A stretch of DNA of 64,000 bases, from the NCBI GenBank assembly GCA_965219385.1, contig CBDCNM010000002.1, forward strand, positions 2,660,936 to 2,724,935, written 5' to 3'. Of this stretch, positions 16,801-27,604 are shown in pieces; positions within the stretch are counted from its first letter, which is position 1, and each line of letters starts with the position of its first letter. The stretch is from Candidatus Latescibacterota bacterium. Its GTDB lineage: Bacteria; Latescibacterota; UBA2968; UBA8231. Position numbers and translations under genes: made by a program. The notes below the pieces were generated by a model. The model saw nothing but the letters and a program-made list of their open reading frames with translations. It was not told where the DNA came from and did not search any database.

Positions 16801-19137
16801 CTATGCGGCGGTATCGTAGAGGGCCTCTGCAAGCTCCTGCACCGCGGCGACGTACTCGCCTTTACCGCCGAAGTGCCGAACCAACTCCAACGGCGTACCG
16901 AGGTCGGACAGCGGCTGTACGCGCAGGACGCCGAGGTCTTCGACCGCGGCCAGCCCCTCGTCCGCGTACTTATCGAGCAGGGCGTCGAGCACGGCGCGGG
17001 CCTGGGCGCCGTAGCGGGTAAATACGTCCCGCTTCTTCATGCTCTCGGCGCGCTCGCGCCGGGTGAGCGGGGGCTGGCCATAGACCACGTGGCAGATCAG
17101 GTCAAAGGCGTCCATGTCCCGGCCGACCTGTTCGCGCAACGCTTCAAAGAACACGCCCTGCTCGCGCAGCTCGTCGATCACCGCCGCCTTCCGGTCGGCC
17201 GCGGACCAGCGCCGCAGGAAGTCGTCCAAGGTGGCGTACTCCGCCTGGACCGTCTTCCGGGTGTAGTCGGCGAGCGACTCGGTGATGAGCCTGCCGTCCT
17301 GGTCCAGGTACTGGACGCGCTCGGCGAAGACCTTCACTTCGACGCCGCTGACCACGTATCGCATCGCGCCCTTTGTCGGTGGATCATCCGTGTCTCTGCC
17401 ATCGTCTCCGTGATCCTCGCCGACATCGGACGTAACGGAATCGCCACTGCTAGGCTCATAGACAAAAATCGGCTTCCCGTCGAAGTCCGGGTCGGCAAAC
17501 AGTTCGGTCGCCCTCTTGAAGTCCATGATGCTGAACCAGAGCTTGCCCGCGTCCTCGTGAATGCGGGAGCCGCGGCCGACGATCTGCTTGAACTCGATCA
17601 TCGACTCAATGCGCTGGTCGAGCACAATGAGTTTGCAAGTCCTCACATCTACTCCGGTCGTCAACAGCTTCGAGGTAGTGGCGATGACCGGGTAGCGCCG
17701 CTCGGGGTGGATGAAATCGTCGAGCGCGAGCCGGCCCTCGTCGCTGTCGCCGGTGATGCGGACCACAAACTTCGAGACATTACCGGCCTCCTCCGGCAGG
17801 CACTTGGCGACCTCGTTGACCAGCGCCGAGCGCATCCGCTCGGCATGGTCGATGTTCTGGCAGAAGACGATGGTCTTGCCGTAGGGGTCGGTTTCCGCGA
17901 GGTATTCGACGACCTTCTCGGCGACGCGCCGGGTGCGCTCGCTCAGGACCAGCACCCGGTCCATGTCGCGCTGGTTGTAGATGCGGTCTTCGATCTCCTG
18001 GCCGAGATCATCGGTCATGCCCGCCGGGGGCCGCCAGCCCTGCAAATCCTTGTCGAGATCGATGCGCACGACCTTGAACGGCGCCAGGAAGCCGTCGTCA
18101 ATGCCCTGCTTGAGACTGTAGGTGTAGACAGGATCGCCAAAGTAACTGAGCGTACTGATCTCAGTGGTCTCCTTCGGCGTGGCGGTCAGGCCGAGTTGGA
18201 TGGCCGGCTCGAAGTAATCGAGGATCTCCCGCCAGGCGCTGGCCTCGCGGGCGCTGCCCCGGTGGCATTCGTCGATGACCACCAGGTCGAAGAACTCCCG
18301 GCTGAACTGCCGGTAGACGTTCTTCTCCTCCTCGCTGCCGCTGACGGCCTGGTAGAGCGCGATGTAAACCTCATAGCTCGGGTCCATGTCGCGGTTGCGC
18401 ACCTTGGTCATCACCGGGCCGAAAGGCTTGAAGTCGTTGGTGACGGTCTGGTCGGCGAGAATATTCCGGTCCACGAGGAACAGCACTCGCTTGACCTTCT
18501 CGGCTTTCCACAGCCGCCATATAATCTGGAAGACGGTGAAGGTCTTGCCGGTGCCGGTGGCCATGACCAGCAGCACCCGGCGCTGTCCCCGCGCAATGGC
18601 TTCGACCGCCCGCTGGATGGCGACGCGCTGGTAGTACCGGGGCTCCTTGCCGGCCGGGTCTTCGTAGTAGGGCTGGCGGGCGAACTTGTCGGATTCTTCG
18701 TCGAGCCCCCTCCAGGCCCGGTATTGCTGCCACAGCTCGTGCGGGGACGGGAACTCGTCCAGGCTAATCTGCTTTTCTAGCGGGGACGACCGGCCGGTGC
18801 GGTCGTGGAACAGAAAAGCGTCGCCATTCGACGAAAACACGAACGGCACATCGAGGGCTTCAGCATAGCCGAGTGCCTGCTGCATGCCGCCGCCGACCGG
18901 GTGGTGGTTGTCCTTGGCCTCGACCACGGCCAGCGGAAGGTTCGACTGGTAGAATAATAAATAGTCAGCGCGCCTCTTCTTGCCACGCGAGACCAGCTTG
19001 CCCCGGACGATGACGCGACCACTTGTAAAACCGTACTCGCGACGGACTTGAGTGCGCTGGTCCCACCCGGCCCCAGTGATCGCCGGGGTGATGAAGCCAT
19101 CGCATATCTCCGCTTCGTTCAGGGCCTTCTTGTCCAT
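16801..19137 (-). CDS. hsdR: Type I R-M restriction subunit (EcoAI/EcoEI-like)
   Basis: RADYLL...VVEAK nuclease motif; MATGTGKT; DECH; QIVGRGSR. Confidence 0.95.
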   Translation of the reverse strand: MDKKALNEAEICDGFITPAITGAGWDQRTQVRREYGFTSGRVIVRGKLVSRGKKRRADYLLFYQSNLPLAVVEAKDNHHPVGGGMQQALGYAEALDVPFVFSSNGDAFLFHDRTGRSSPLEKQISLDEFPSPHELWQQYRAWRGLDEESDKFARQPYYEDPAGKEPRYYQRVAIQRAVEAIARGQRRVLLVMATGTGKTFTVFQIIWRLWKAEKVKRVLFLVDRNILADQTVTNDFKPFGPVMTKVRNRDMDPSYEVYIALYQAVSGSEEEKNVYRQFSREFFDLVVIDECHRGSAREASAWREILDYFEPAIQLGLTATPKETTEISTLSYFGDPVYTYSLKQGIDDGFLAPFKVVRIDLDKDLQGWRPPAGMTDDLGQEIEDRIYNQRDMDRVLVLSERTRRVAEKVVEYLAETDPYGKTIVFCQNIDHAERMRSALVNEVAKCLPEEAGNVSKFVVRITGDSDEGRLALDDFIHPERRYPVIATTSKLLTTGVDVRTCKLIVLDQRIESMIEFKQIVGRGSRIHEDAGKLWFSIMDFKRATELFADPDFDGKPIFVYEPSSGDSVTSDVGEDHGDDGRDTDDPPTKGAMRYVVSGVEVKVFAERVQYLDQDGRLITESLADYTRKTVQAEYATLDDFLRRWSAADRKAAVIDELREQGVFFEALREQVGRDMDAFDLICHVVYGQPPLTRRERAESMKKRDVFTRYGAQARAVLDALLDKYADEGLAAVEDLGVLRVQPLSDLGTPLELVRHFGGKGEYVAAVQELAEALYDTAA

Positions 19138-19273
19138 CGCTGGTCTCCGCCAACTCAATGCCGTCGCAATCGCCCGTGGTCTGCAATAGGTACAGGAAGT
19201 ATAAAGGGCGTTTTCTGCATGGTCAAACAGTCCGGCCACAGGTCGTGTTTGCATCGGACCTGCAATGTAGTCT

Positions 19274-22200
19274 TCAAATCCCCAATTTCAACCCCAGGCG
19301 AATCTGCCGCGGCTCGTCGTAGATATCCCCGCCTTCGGTGGACCAGTAGTGCTGCCGGTTCTCCAGGTTGATGGCCTGGTAGAGCTGGCGGTAGACCTCG
19401 CCGCCATTGGCCTCGACCACCCGGCCGCTCAACTCCTGGTCGCTCAGGAAGCCGTCGTCCTCGGGACGACCGGTGCGGCCGTACACATTGATCGCGTTCT
19501 TGTGGTTGAACAGGTTCTGAATGTAGACATAAGCCCGGGCCTGGGCCCCAAAGAGAATGAAACCCTTACCCAGGCGCAAATCGGCCTGGAAGGTCCAGGG
19601 CGTGGTGGACGCGTTGATGGGTTCCAGGGGCTGGCGGGCGCGCGGATCGTCGCTGGAGAGGATGCCGCCCAGCTCCGGACCGCGCTGGCCGATGGAGCCG
19701 GTCACCAGGGTGAAGTTGTGGCCGCTGGTGAAACGCAGCAGCAGATTGGCTCCCAGGCGCTCGAGCAGGGGGCCGCCGTCGCCGTCGCCGAAGCGGTAGT
19801 CCAGGTAGAGGCTGCCGCGGTGGGTCTGGTTGAAGTCCAGGGGCGAAACGATGGTGGGCAGGTTGGTGTTGTTCTCGATCCCGGCGATGCCGGAGTTGAC
19901 CGTAGAGCCGGTGCCGCGCGCGTCGGCGAGGGTGTAGTTGAGTTCGGTGCGGAGGCGGTGGGTGCGCCGCACCTTGACGGCGATCTCTACCCCCTTGGTG
20001 GTGGCAAAATCCCCGTTGGCCAGGAAGTTGTAGGCCCCGGCGTCGACGGCCTCCTGGGATATTTCCTGCCGCTGCGCCTGGAGCTGACCCTGGACATCTC
20101 GGTAGAAGCCGGTCAGATCCACCGAGGCCGAGCCGGTGAATTGGTGGTCGAAGCCGATCTCGTACTGGGTGGTGCGCACCGGTTCTACGTCGAAGGCGGT
20201 GGGAAAGGGGATGAAGTTGCCCCCGGCCAGCTCCAGGGAGAGGGCCGCTCCGCCGGTGTACATATCGCCGAGACGCGGCATCTGGGAAAAGCGGCCGTAC
20301 TGGACGTGGAACACGGTGCGTTCGGAGACCGGGAAGGAAAACCCCAGGCGCGGGCTCAACTCGTGGAAGGTGCGGGTCTGGCGCATGGACGCCGGGTCGA
20401 TGGTGGTCGAATCAGGGAGCCGCACTGGCGCGGCCGGGTCCTTGAAGCGGAAGCTGTCCACGTCGAAGTAGTCCCAGCGCAAACCGGCGTTGAGCACCAG
20501 GTCCTGGTACTCGACCTTGTCCTGGATGTAGGCCGAGCCCAGGACCGGGTGGCGCGGCGCTTCCAGACCCCGGCCTTCGCGGTGGCGGCCGAACTCGTCG
20601 AAGCCGTAGAAGTTGGCCTGGCTGTTCTGGCGGATCAAGCTCTTCAGGTCCCGGGTATCACCCTCGCCGGGGGGCGCGTTGGCAGCCGCCTGGATCAAAT
20701 CGTCCAGGACCTGGTCCTCGCCGATTTCCCCATTATTGTAGTACTGCTGATAGACCGCCTCCAGGTTGGGGTAGGTACTGCCGATGGCGGCGCGGATGGA
20801 GTTCATCAGGATGAGGAAGCGCCGGGAGGTCCAGCGCTGCAGGTCAAAGCCGATTTCGATCTGGTGCGAACCGGCCTGTTTGGTGAGGCTGGCGGCCAGG
20901 CCGACGTAGTGGTCCTCCTCTTTGGAGTAGAGGTTGGCGCGCTCGCTGCCGTTGACAAAGGAGGTGGGGGTGCCGGGGCGGTTGAAGGGGAAGCCGTTCA
21001 GGTCGTAGGGCCGGGGAGGGGCGCCCCGGCTCGGATAGGAGGTGAACTCAGTGCCGGCGCGGGCCGCGGCCACACTGTCGTTGTAGACCATGAAATGTTC
21101 TTTGAAGATCGGGTCGAAAAACGAGCGCTCTTGGTTGTAGAGGCTTAAGCTCACCTCGTAGAACATGGATGGGTCGAGAAGGTGGGTGGCGCGGGCGTGC
21201 AACAGGGCCGAGGTGCGCTGGGCCTCGGGCAACCGTCCCAGGTTGAGCATGTTGCGCACGGGCGCGGGGTTGAGATCCAGGGCGTCAATGGAGTAGAGCC
21301 CGGCCAGGCGCACTTGAAAGGTGTTGTAGGCGAAGAGCAGGGTGGTGTTGAGGTCCAGGGCGTCTCTGCCGGTGTGGTCGATATTGCCGGGCCGCATCTT
21401 CAGGACCGCAATCGAGTCCGGGGTGTCCAGAGCGGCCCAGTGGATCCGGCCGCCGCGGTCTCCAGAGTCCACCAGGTCGGTAAACTCGAAGCCTTCCCAG
21501 AACGCGGGTCTGGAGTCGCGAAAGCGGTGCTGAAGGGCGGCGAAGGCGCGGATCTTCTGGTTGTGGGTGAGCGGCCCGCCCAGGGTCAGGACCTGGTTGC
21601 CGCTGCCGTAGGAGTAGGTGCCCAGGCGCTTTTCGTACCTGGAAGTGAAGCGGTCGGTTTCGGCCAGGAAGCCTACGCGCCAGGCCTGGCTCCCGGTGCG
21701 CAATTGCTGCAGGATGATGCCGCCGTTGGCGCCGCCGTACTCGGCGTTGTAGCCGCCGGCCTGGATCTGGACTTCCTGGATGGCTTCGTCGATCAGGGTC
21801 ACGGCGCTGGCGCCGGTGACCGGGTTGCGCACGCTGGCCCCCTCGACGAAGTAGCCGACTTCATCGCTGCGCGAACCGCGGATGTGAAAACGGCCCTGGT
21901 CCTCCACCACGCCGGCCTGCAGGGCAAAGACATTGTGCACCCCTCTGAAGGGCAGGACCTCCAGGTCCTCTCCGGTCACGATGCGCACGGCATTGGTGGC
22001 ATTTTTGTCGATGATGGGGCGTTCGGCGCGCACGGTTACTTCCTGGACCTGAAGGTCCCGGGGGACGGGTTTCAACGCCACGCGGGTGGTCAGGTCGGCC
22101 GATACCCGCACTTCCTTCAAGGTGTAGGGAGCGTAGCCGATGTAGGTGGCTTTGAGGGTGTAGATGCCGGGGGGGATGTTCAGGATGAAGAAGCGCCCCT

Positions 22201-22423
22201 GGCCGTCGGTGGTGGCGCCCAGGCCGGTGTCCGGTAGTATTATATTGGCGTTGGAGAGGGGCTCGCCGGTTCTGGCGTCCTGTACGGTGCCGGCGATTTT
22301 GCCGGGGGCGGCCTGGGCCGGCGCATTGCCGAGGACGAAAAACGCAGCGCAGATCAGCAGGACGATGGGCAGGGGCGGGTACTTGGAAGGGGCAGGGGCT
22401 CCGTTGGCATTGGGTGGGGGCAT
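19274..22423 (-). CDS. TonB-dependent receptor with a carboxypeptidase-like regulatory domain
   Basis: Signal peptide; GKIAGTVQDARTGEPL; plug HIRGSRSDE; GGYNAEYG; C-terminal PRQIRLGLKLGI. Confidence 0.9.
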   Translation of the reverse strand: MPPPNANGAPAPSKYPPLPIVLLICAAFFVLGNAPAQAAPGKIAGTVQDARTGEPLSNANIILPDTGLGATTDGQGRFFILNIPPGIYTLKATYIGYAPYTLKEVRVSADLTTRVALKPVPRDLQVQEVTVRAERPIIDKNATNAVRIVTGEDLEVLPFRGVHNVFALQAGVVEDQGRFHIRGSRSDEVGYFVEGASVRNPVTGASAVTLIDEAIQEVQIQAGGYNAEYGGANGGIILQQLRTGSQAWRVGFLAETDRFTSRYEKRLGTYSYGSGNQVLTLGGPLTHNQKIRAFAALQHRFRDSRPAFWEGFEFTDLVDSGDRGGRIHWAALDTPDSIAVLKMRPGNIDHTGRDALDLNTTLLFAYNTFQVRLAGLYSIDALDLNPAPVRNMLNLGRLPEAQRTSALLHARATHLLDPSMFYEVSLSLYNQERSFFDPIFKEHFMVYNDSVAAARAGTEFTSYPSRGAPPRPYDLNGFPFNRPGTPTSFVNGSERANLYSKEEDHYVGLAASLTKQAGSHQIEIGFDLQRWTSRRFLILMNSIRAAIGSTYPNLEAVYQQYYNNGEIGEDQVLDDLIQAAANAPPGEGDTRDLKSLIRQNSQANFYGFDEFGRHREGRGLEAPRHPVLGSAYIQDKVEYQDLVLNAGLRWDYFDVDSFRFKDPAAPVRLPDSTTIDPASMRQTRTFHELSPRLGFSFPVSERTVFHVQYGRFSQMPRLGDMYTGGAALSLELAGGNFIPFPTAFDVEPVRTTQYEIGFDHQFTGSASVDLTGFYRDVQGQLQAQRQEISQEAVDAGAYNFLANGDFATTKGVEIAVKVRRTHRLRTELNYTLADARGTGSTVNSGIAGIENNTNLPTIVSPLDFNQTHRGSLYLDYRFGDGDGGPLLERLGANLLLRFTSGHNFTLVTGSIGQRGPELGGILSSDDPRARQPLEPINASTTPWTFQADLRLGKGFILFGAQARAYVYIQNLFNHKNAINVYGRTGRPEDDGFLSDQELSGRVVEANGGEVYRQLYQAINLENRQHYWSTEGGDIYDEPRQIRLGLKLGI

Positions 22424-22708
22424 GAGTACTTTGGGTCGTGTCTCGGTTTGAAATAATAGGAATTATAACTAAAATTAAAATTCTGGAAAGATGGCGAAAC
22501 CGAAAAAATGGTTGTGTGCCGCGCAGGAAATAGCGTACATTTGGAAGGGAGACGAGCCAGGTTTAGCATCGGAGTGGCTCGGGCTTAGAGGGTGCATTGG
22601 CGTGTAGCGCTCTAAGCAATATAGAGAAACTCCGATGCTTTTTCTATGCCTGCCTGTCGGTTTCAAGTAAATAACCATGAGGGCGATTGGGAGCACATAG
22701 AGCTGATT

Positions 22709-23743
22709 ATGGGTGAATCACTCGGCAAAACCAGCGACGGTAAGAATATCGAAGGTTTCGCTCTGGAGAACACAAACGGCACTTGCGCCCGCCTCATCAA
22801 CATGGGCGCCAGCCTGACCGAACTCCACGTCCGGGATCGCGCAGGGGCCCTGGCCGATGTTGTGCTGGGCTACGGGACGATAGCCGCGTACAAAGCCAAT
22901 GCGTACAGCATCGGGTGTACCATGGGCCGGGTTGCCAACCGCATTGCAGGGGGGCGTTTTTCCCTGGATGGGATCGAGTACCAGCTCGCCCGCAACCACG
23001 GCGCTCATCACATTCACGGCGGCGACAAGGGCTTCAACAAGGTGCTCTGGCAGGGAGAAGCGGCCGAAGACCCGGAAGGGCCTGCCGTGCGCTTTACCTA
23101 CTCGAGTGCGGACGGCGAGGAAGGGTATCCCGGAAATCTGGCAGCCGCGGTGACCTATGTCCTCACCACCGACGATGCCCTGCGCATTGAGTACGAGGCA
23201 ACCACGGACAAGCCCACGCCGGTGAACCTGACCAACCACACCTACTTCAATTTATCGGGGGCGGGTTCCGGGTCCGTGCTCGACCACGTCCTTTGCCTGG
23301 ACGGGACTTTCTACACCGTTCCCGACGACACCGGCCTGCCCACCGGCGAGGTCCGCTTTGTAGAGGGTACGCCGCTGGACTTTCGCCGGCCCGTGGCACT
23401 CGGTGAGCGGATGGGCCGGCTGGGAAACGGCTACGACCACAACTACGTCCTCGATCACGGCAAGAGCAATATCCCCGAGCCGAGCGCCGAGGTCTCCGAT
23501 CCTGCCAGTGGTCGCCGCATGCAGCTGCTGACCACGGAGCCGGGCGTCCAACTCTACACCGGCAACTTCCTGGATGGGGTAGCGGGCAAGGGGGGGGCTG
23601 TGTACCAAAAGCACCACGGTTTCTGCCTGGAGACCCAGCACTTCCCCGACTCGGTGAACAAACCCCACTTTCCCTCCACCATCCTGCGACCCGGAGAGAC
23701 CTACCGGCAGATTACCGAGTACCGCTTTTCAGTGGTGCAATGA
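22709..23743 (+). CDS. galM: Aldose 1-epimerase (galactose mutarotase)
   Basis: GRVANRI, HGG, NLTNHTYFNL, YDHN, CLETQHFPDS. Confidence 0.93.
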   Translation: MGESLGKTSDGKNIEGFALENTNGTCARLINMGASLTELHVRDRAGALADVVLGYGTIAAYKANAYSIGCTMGRVANRIAGGRFSLDGIEYQLARNHGAHHIHGGDKGFNKVLWQGEAAEDPEGPAVRFTYSSADGEEGYPGNLAAAVTYVLTTDDALRIEYEATTDKPTPVNLTNHTYFNLSGAGSGSVLDHVLCLDGTFYTVPDDTGLPTGEVRFVEGTPLDFRRPVALGERMGRLGNGYDHNYVLDHGKSNIPEPSAEVSDPASGRRMQLLTTEPGVQLYTGNFLDGVAGKGGAVYQKHHGFCLETQHFPDSVNKPHFPSTILRPGETYRQITEYRFSVVQ

Positions 23744-23835
23744 GGTTTCCGGGAAGCTTCTCAGACAGGAAGGCCGTTTGGTGACCCTGCCGGCGGGGGA
23801 GAGCTCAATACTTTTATCAATGGAGCATTAAACAC

Positions 23836-24957
23836 ATGAAAATAACCGAAATCAAAACCGCCGAAGTACGGGTCGCGGACCACTACCTCTACCACTACGT
23901 GCGGGTTTACACCGACGAAGGGGTGTACGGCACCGGGGAGGCCAGCCACGTGGACGGCGGCTGGCGCGGCTCCACCCGGAGCATGGCCCAGCAACTCGCC
24001 GGCAAAGACCCGCGCGACGTCGACGCCTGCTTTGAAGGCATTCGCCGCCAGTACATCTTTCGCGGCGGCATGTCGGGCCTGGCGATTTCGGCCCTGACCG
24101 GTCTGGAGATCGCCCTGTGGGACCTGGCCGGCAAGGCCCAGGGGGTGTCGGTCTACCGTTTGCTCGGCGGCAAGTTCCGCGACCGGGTGCGGCTCTACGT
24201 GGACAGCGCCCATTCCGACTACCAGCAGCGCGCCGAGGAGGTGCGCGCCAGGGGGTTCACTGCCATCAAGTTCGATCTGGACGACGCCAGCAACCCTCAC
24301 AAGCTCGACCCCTGGAACTGGTCGGTGAGCCCCGGCGAACTGGGGTTGATGGTCGAGCAGGCGCACCAGATCCGCGAGGCGGTCGGTCCCCACATGGACT
24401 TGGCCATCGACCTGCACGGGCGCTACGACGCCACCGCCGGCATGAAGGTGGCCCAGGCCGTGGAGGGGCTCGACCTGATGTGGCTGGAAGAGCCGGTGCC
24501 GCCGGAAAACATCGACGCCCTCGGCCGCATCACCCAGTCCACCCGCACCCCGATCTGCGCCGGCGAGAACGCCTATCTGCGCTACGGCTTTCGCGACATG
24601 ATCGAAAAGCAGGCGGTGGATATCATCATGCCCGATATCTCCAAGTGCGGCGGCCTTTCCGAGTGCCGCAAAATAGCCAATATGGCCGAGACCTACTACA
24701 TCCCCTTTGCGCCGCACAACAACTCCAGCGCCCTCAGCACGGTGGGCGACGCCCACGTCTGCGCCAGCGTGCCCAATTTCCTGGCCCTGGAGTTCCACCG
24801 CTACGACGATCCCACCTGGAACGAGGTGGTGATCTCCGACGAGCAGGTCATTCAGCAGGGGCACGTGGTGCTGGGGGAAAAGCCGGGGTTGGGAGTGGAG
24901 CTCAACGAGGATTATTTACAGAGCCAGCTCGAAGATGGGGAACCGCTCTGGCAGTAA
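23836..24957 (+). CDS. Mandelate racemase/muconate lactonizing enzyme family (DgoD-like dehydratase)
   Basis: ALWDLAGK, KFD, IDLHG, WLEEP, AGE, APHN. Confidence 0.9.
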   Translation: MKITEIKTAEVRVADHYLYHYVRVYTDEGVYGTGEASHVDGGWRGSTRSMAQQLAGKDPRDVDACFEGIRRQYIFRGGMSGLAISALTGLEIALWDLAGKAQGVSVYRLLGGKFRDRVRLYVDSAHSDYQQRAEEVRARGFTAIKFDLDDASNPHKLDPWNWSVSPGELGLMVEQAHQIREAVGPHMDLAIDLHGRYDATAGMKVAQAVEGLDLMWLEEPVPPENIDALGRITQSTRTPICAGENAYLRYGFRDMIEKQAVDIIMPDISKCGGLSECRKIANMAETYYIPFAPHNNSSALSTVGDAHVCASVPNFLALEFHRYDDPTWNEVVISDEQVIQQGHVVLGEKPGLGVELNEDYLQSQLEDGEPLWQ

Positions 24958-25024
24958 ACGGACATAGCGGGCGGAAGGTGAGAAGCCTTGTGAAGATTGT
25001 CAACCCTGAAAAGAGGAGAGTGTC

Positions 25025-25741
25025 ATGGCCAAAACGGCTGTTATTTCAGGGGTCGGCTCTGGTTTAGGCGCCGCGCTGGTGCGGAAGTTTTCCAGCGAAG
25101 GATACCAAGTAGGGTTGCTGGCCCGGTCCCCTGATTATATCCAGGGACTGGTCGAAGAACTGCTGCAAGGAGGCGCGAAGGCCCTGGCCGTACCCACGGA
25201 TATCACCGACTCCCAGCAGGTGACCCGGAGCTTTGCCCGGGTACGCGAGGAACTGGGCCCGGTCGATGTCCTGATCAACCACGCCGGCAACGCCGCCTGG
25301 AAAGGCTTCCACGAACTGACCCCGGATGAGTTTGAACAATCCTGGCGCGTGTGTGCCTACGGCTCCTTTCTGTGCGCCAGGGAAGCGGCCGGCCATATGC
25401 TGTCCGCGGGCAGCGGCGCCATCCTTTTCACCGGAGCCACCTCGGCCATTCGGGGCCGGGCCGGTGCCCTGGCCTTCAGCAGCGCCAAGTTTGCGGTGCG
25501 CGGTCTGGCCTGGGCTCTGGCCCGCGAGCTATGGCCCGAGGGCATTCACGTGGCCCACGTCATCATAGACGGGGTGCTGGATACCCCCATGGTGCGCGAG
25601 GGAAGGTACGTCGAGGAGGACGAACCTCTCCTAAATATCGACGCCGTGGCCGCCGCCTATTGGAGTCTGGTGCAGCAGGACAAAGGCGCCTGGGGTTTCG
25701 AGATCGATTTGCGGCCCCACGATGAGGGGTTCTTCGAGTGA
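25025..25741 (+). CDS. SDR family oxidoreductase
   Basis: AVISGVGSGLG; FTGATSAIRG; AKFAVRGLA; IHVAHVIIDG. Confidence 0.9.
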   Translation: MAKTAVISGVGSGLGAALVRKFSSEGYQVGLLARSPDYIQGLVEELLQGGAKALAVPTDITDSQQVTRSFARVREELGPVDVLINHAGNAAWKGFHELTPDEFEQSWRVCAYGSFLCAREAAGHMLSAGSGAILFTGATSAIRGRAGALAFSSAKFAVRGLAWALARELWPEGIHVAHVIIDGVLDTPMVREGRYVEEDEPLLNIDAVAAAYWSLVQQDKGAWGFEIDLRPHDEGFFE

Positions 25742-25747
25742 AGGCTG

Positions 25748-27238
25748 TTATGAGGTGAAGTTCACGCTGAAAAGCCTTGCGCTACGCATGCGGATGTGAA
25801 GGACCAGCGCCGCCCCCTCCGGTGTCCTCGGATCGGTTTCGCCGCCCCAGAGGACGGGCCGCTCCATCTCGTCCCCCGTCAGCGGATCGCAATCCGCTGA
25901 CGAGCGCCCCTCCACGCCCTCGATACCGACGCGAATCTCACCCGCTGCCGGGGCGCAATAATTGAGGCGAATTCGGCCCCCTGCCGGTACTATGGTCTGC
26001 GTCCAGAATTCCCCCTCGTCGTCGGCCACTACGGCGCAGATGCGCTCCTTCGGCCAGGAGGCCCAGCCCATGTTCCAGGCGTCCCACACACCCTGCCAGC
26101 GCGGATACTTGTGCGGATAGGGTGTCCCCGTGTAGGGCGTGGCCATCCGATCCGGCCCGAAGGGTATCAAGTCCTTGCCACTGCCGAGGAACTCGCTGTC
26201 CCAGGTTCCCGGACCGCCCGGCTGGATCACCGGACCGCCCGGCACCTGGTTCCAGACCATGCCGTCGCTGCTGCCGAACAACTGGACGTGGCTGCGCTCC
26301 GTGAAGCGGTGGTAAACCATGGGGAACATGAGCTGGTATTCGGGCAATTCCGGATAGCGGGTGTACCCGTTCAGGTAGTAGTCCCAGTCCGGGGGATCGT
26401 CCAGGCGCGGCCAGATGAGGGGGGTCACCGGCTCCCAGGCGCGGAAGTCGTCCGTCTGGGCGCGCCCGATCCAGCGTCGGTCGCTCTCGAACATCCGGGT
26501 GTACATAACGTATTTGCCCAGTCTTTCGTCCCACAGCACAGTGGTGTCGGTGTCGCTGGGGTGCAGCATGAAGGGCTGGTTCACCGAAGTCCAGTTCTCC
26601 CCGTCGGGAGAGACCATGAAGTACATGCCGTAGCGCCGCTCCCACGACAGGCGTCCATCCCGGTGCCGCAACGGGCGTTCCAGGTAGGCGCGCACCATTT
26701 CATCGTGTTCCCCTGCGGGGAAGCGGGCGCAGTAGACCAGCTTGTAGCGCTCCTGCGGCGGTGCGGCTAGATCGATGAAGAAGCCGAAGCCGTCGAAGCC
26801 GCGCTGGCTGGTCACGGCAACCTGGCATCTGCTCACCTCGCGCCAGGCGAAGCCGTCTTCCGAGGCCGCACCGCAGACGTATATCGAATCGGGCGCGGCG
26901 GCGTGTGCGGCCGACCCCGAGCCCAGCTTGGTGTGACCGTTGATCTCGAAGTACCACGATCGGTAGTGCCCACCGTCGTAGATGGTCCGCCCCCATCCCT
27001 TCCAGCCTGCCACCGGTCCAGTGGTCGTGGCTGGCTGGGCTTCCAGGCGGATGCCGTGGGGCACCTGGTGGGGGTGGGCATTCAGAGGCACCTGTGGGCC
27101 AGGGGGGTTGGCAACGCCGAAATGCTCGCCCTCGTGGGTGCGCCACTCAAGTCTACCGCAGCGGATATCCCGCCAGTCGATGAACAGGATGGTCGAGCGT
27201 TTGGAAACAGTCGTTTCTTGCTGGGTGGTGCTGTCCAT
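25748..27238 (-). CDS. Hypothetical protein, possibly a five-bladed beta-propeller glycoside-hydrolase-like fold
   Basis: Repeated Asp-box-like SxDGxxW motifs (SEDGFAW, SPDGENW, SSDGMVW). Confidence 0.65.
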   Translation of the reverse strand: MDSTTQQETTVSKRSTILFIDWRDIRCGRLEWRTHEGEHFGVANPPGPQVPLNAHPHQVPHGIRLEAQPATTTGPVAGWKGWGRTIYDGGHYRSWYFEINGHTKLGSGSAAHAAAPDSIYVCGAASEDGFAWREVSRCQVAVTSQRGFDGFGFFIDLAAPPQERYKLVYCARFPAGEHDEMVRAYLERPLRHRDGRLSWERRYGMYFMVSPDGENWTSVNQPFMLHPSDTDTTVLWDERLGKYVMYTRMFESDRRWIGRAQTDDFRAWEPVTPLIWPRLDDPPDWDYYLNGYTRYPELPEYQLMFPMVYHRFTERSHVQLFGSSDGMVWNQVPGGPVIQPGGPGTWDSEFLGSGKDLIPFGPDRMATPYTGTPYPHKYPRWQGVWDAWNMGWASWPKERICAVVADDEGEFWTQTIVPAGGRIRLNYCAPAAGEIRVGIEGVEGRSSADCDPLTGDEMERPVLWGGETDPRTPEGAALVLHIRMRSARLFSVNFTS

Positions 27239-27484
27239 GGTGTGCTCCTGATGGAAATGGTAAATAGCTGGTTTCCACAAAGTGGTTGCTGTATTTTACC
27301 AGCAGGCAATCTTGCAAGACCGGCTCTGCCGCAGGCTTCAATAATTATAGGTGATAATATAGAATGGAAAAGACTTCTTTGCTGGGGGGGCGGGGTGAAC
27401 CTGCTGGCAAGTCCCCTGCTGGCCGATAAACCCGTCCGCCCTGGGAAGCGGTTGGCCGCTACGAGCATGAGCCCACCCGCGAAA

Positions 27485-27604
27485 AAAGTTGAGGATCGAG
27501 TTTTGACAGTCCGTTTTACGTATCGAAAAGGCAACATTCGCATTTTTGGTGCCGGTTACTGGCGCGAAGGAAGGAAACGTTATGAGCAGCCAAAGAAAAT
27601 ATGA
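27485..27604 (+). pseudogene. 3' fragment of a BrnT-like toxin
   Basis: KVEDRVLTVRFTYRKGNIRIFGAGYWREGRKRYE; no N-terminal half upstream; overlaps the antitoxin start. Confidence 0.65.
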
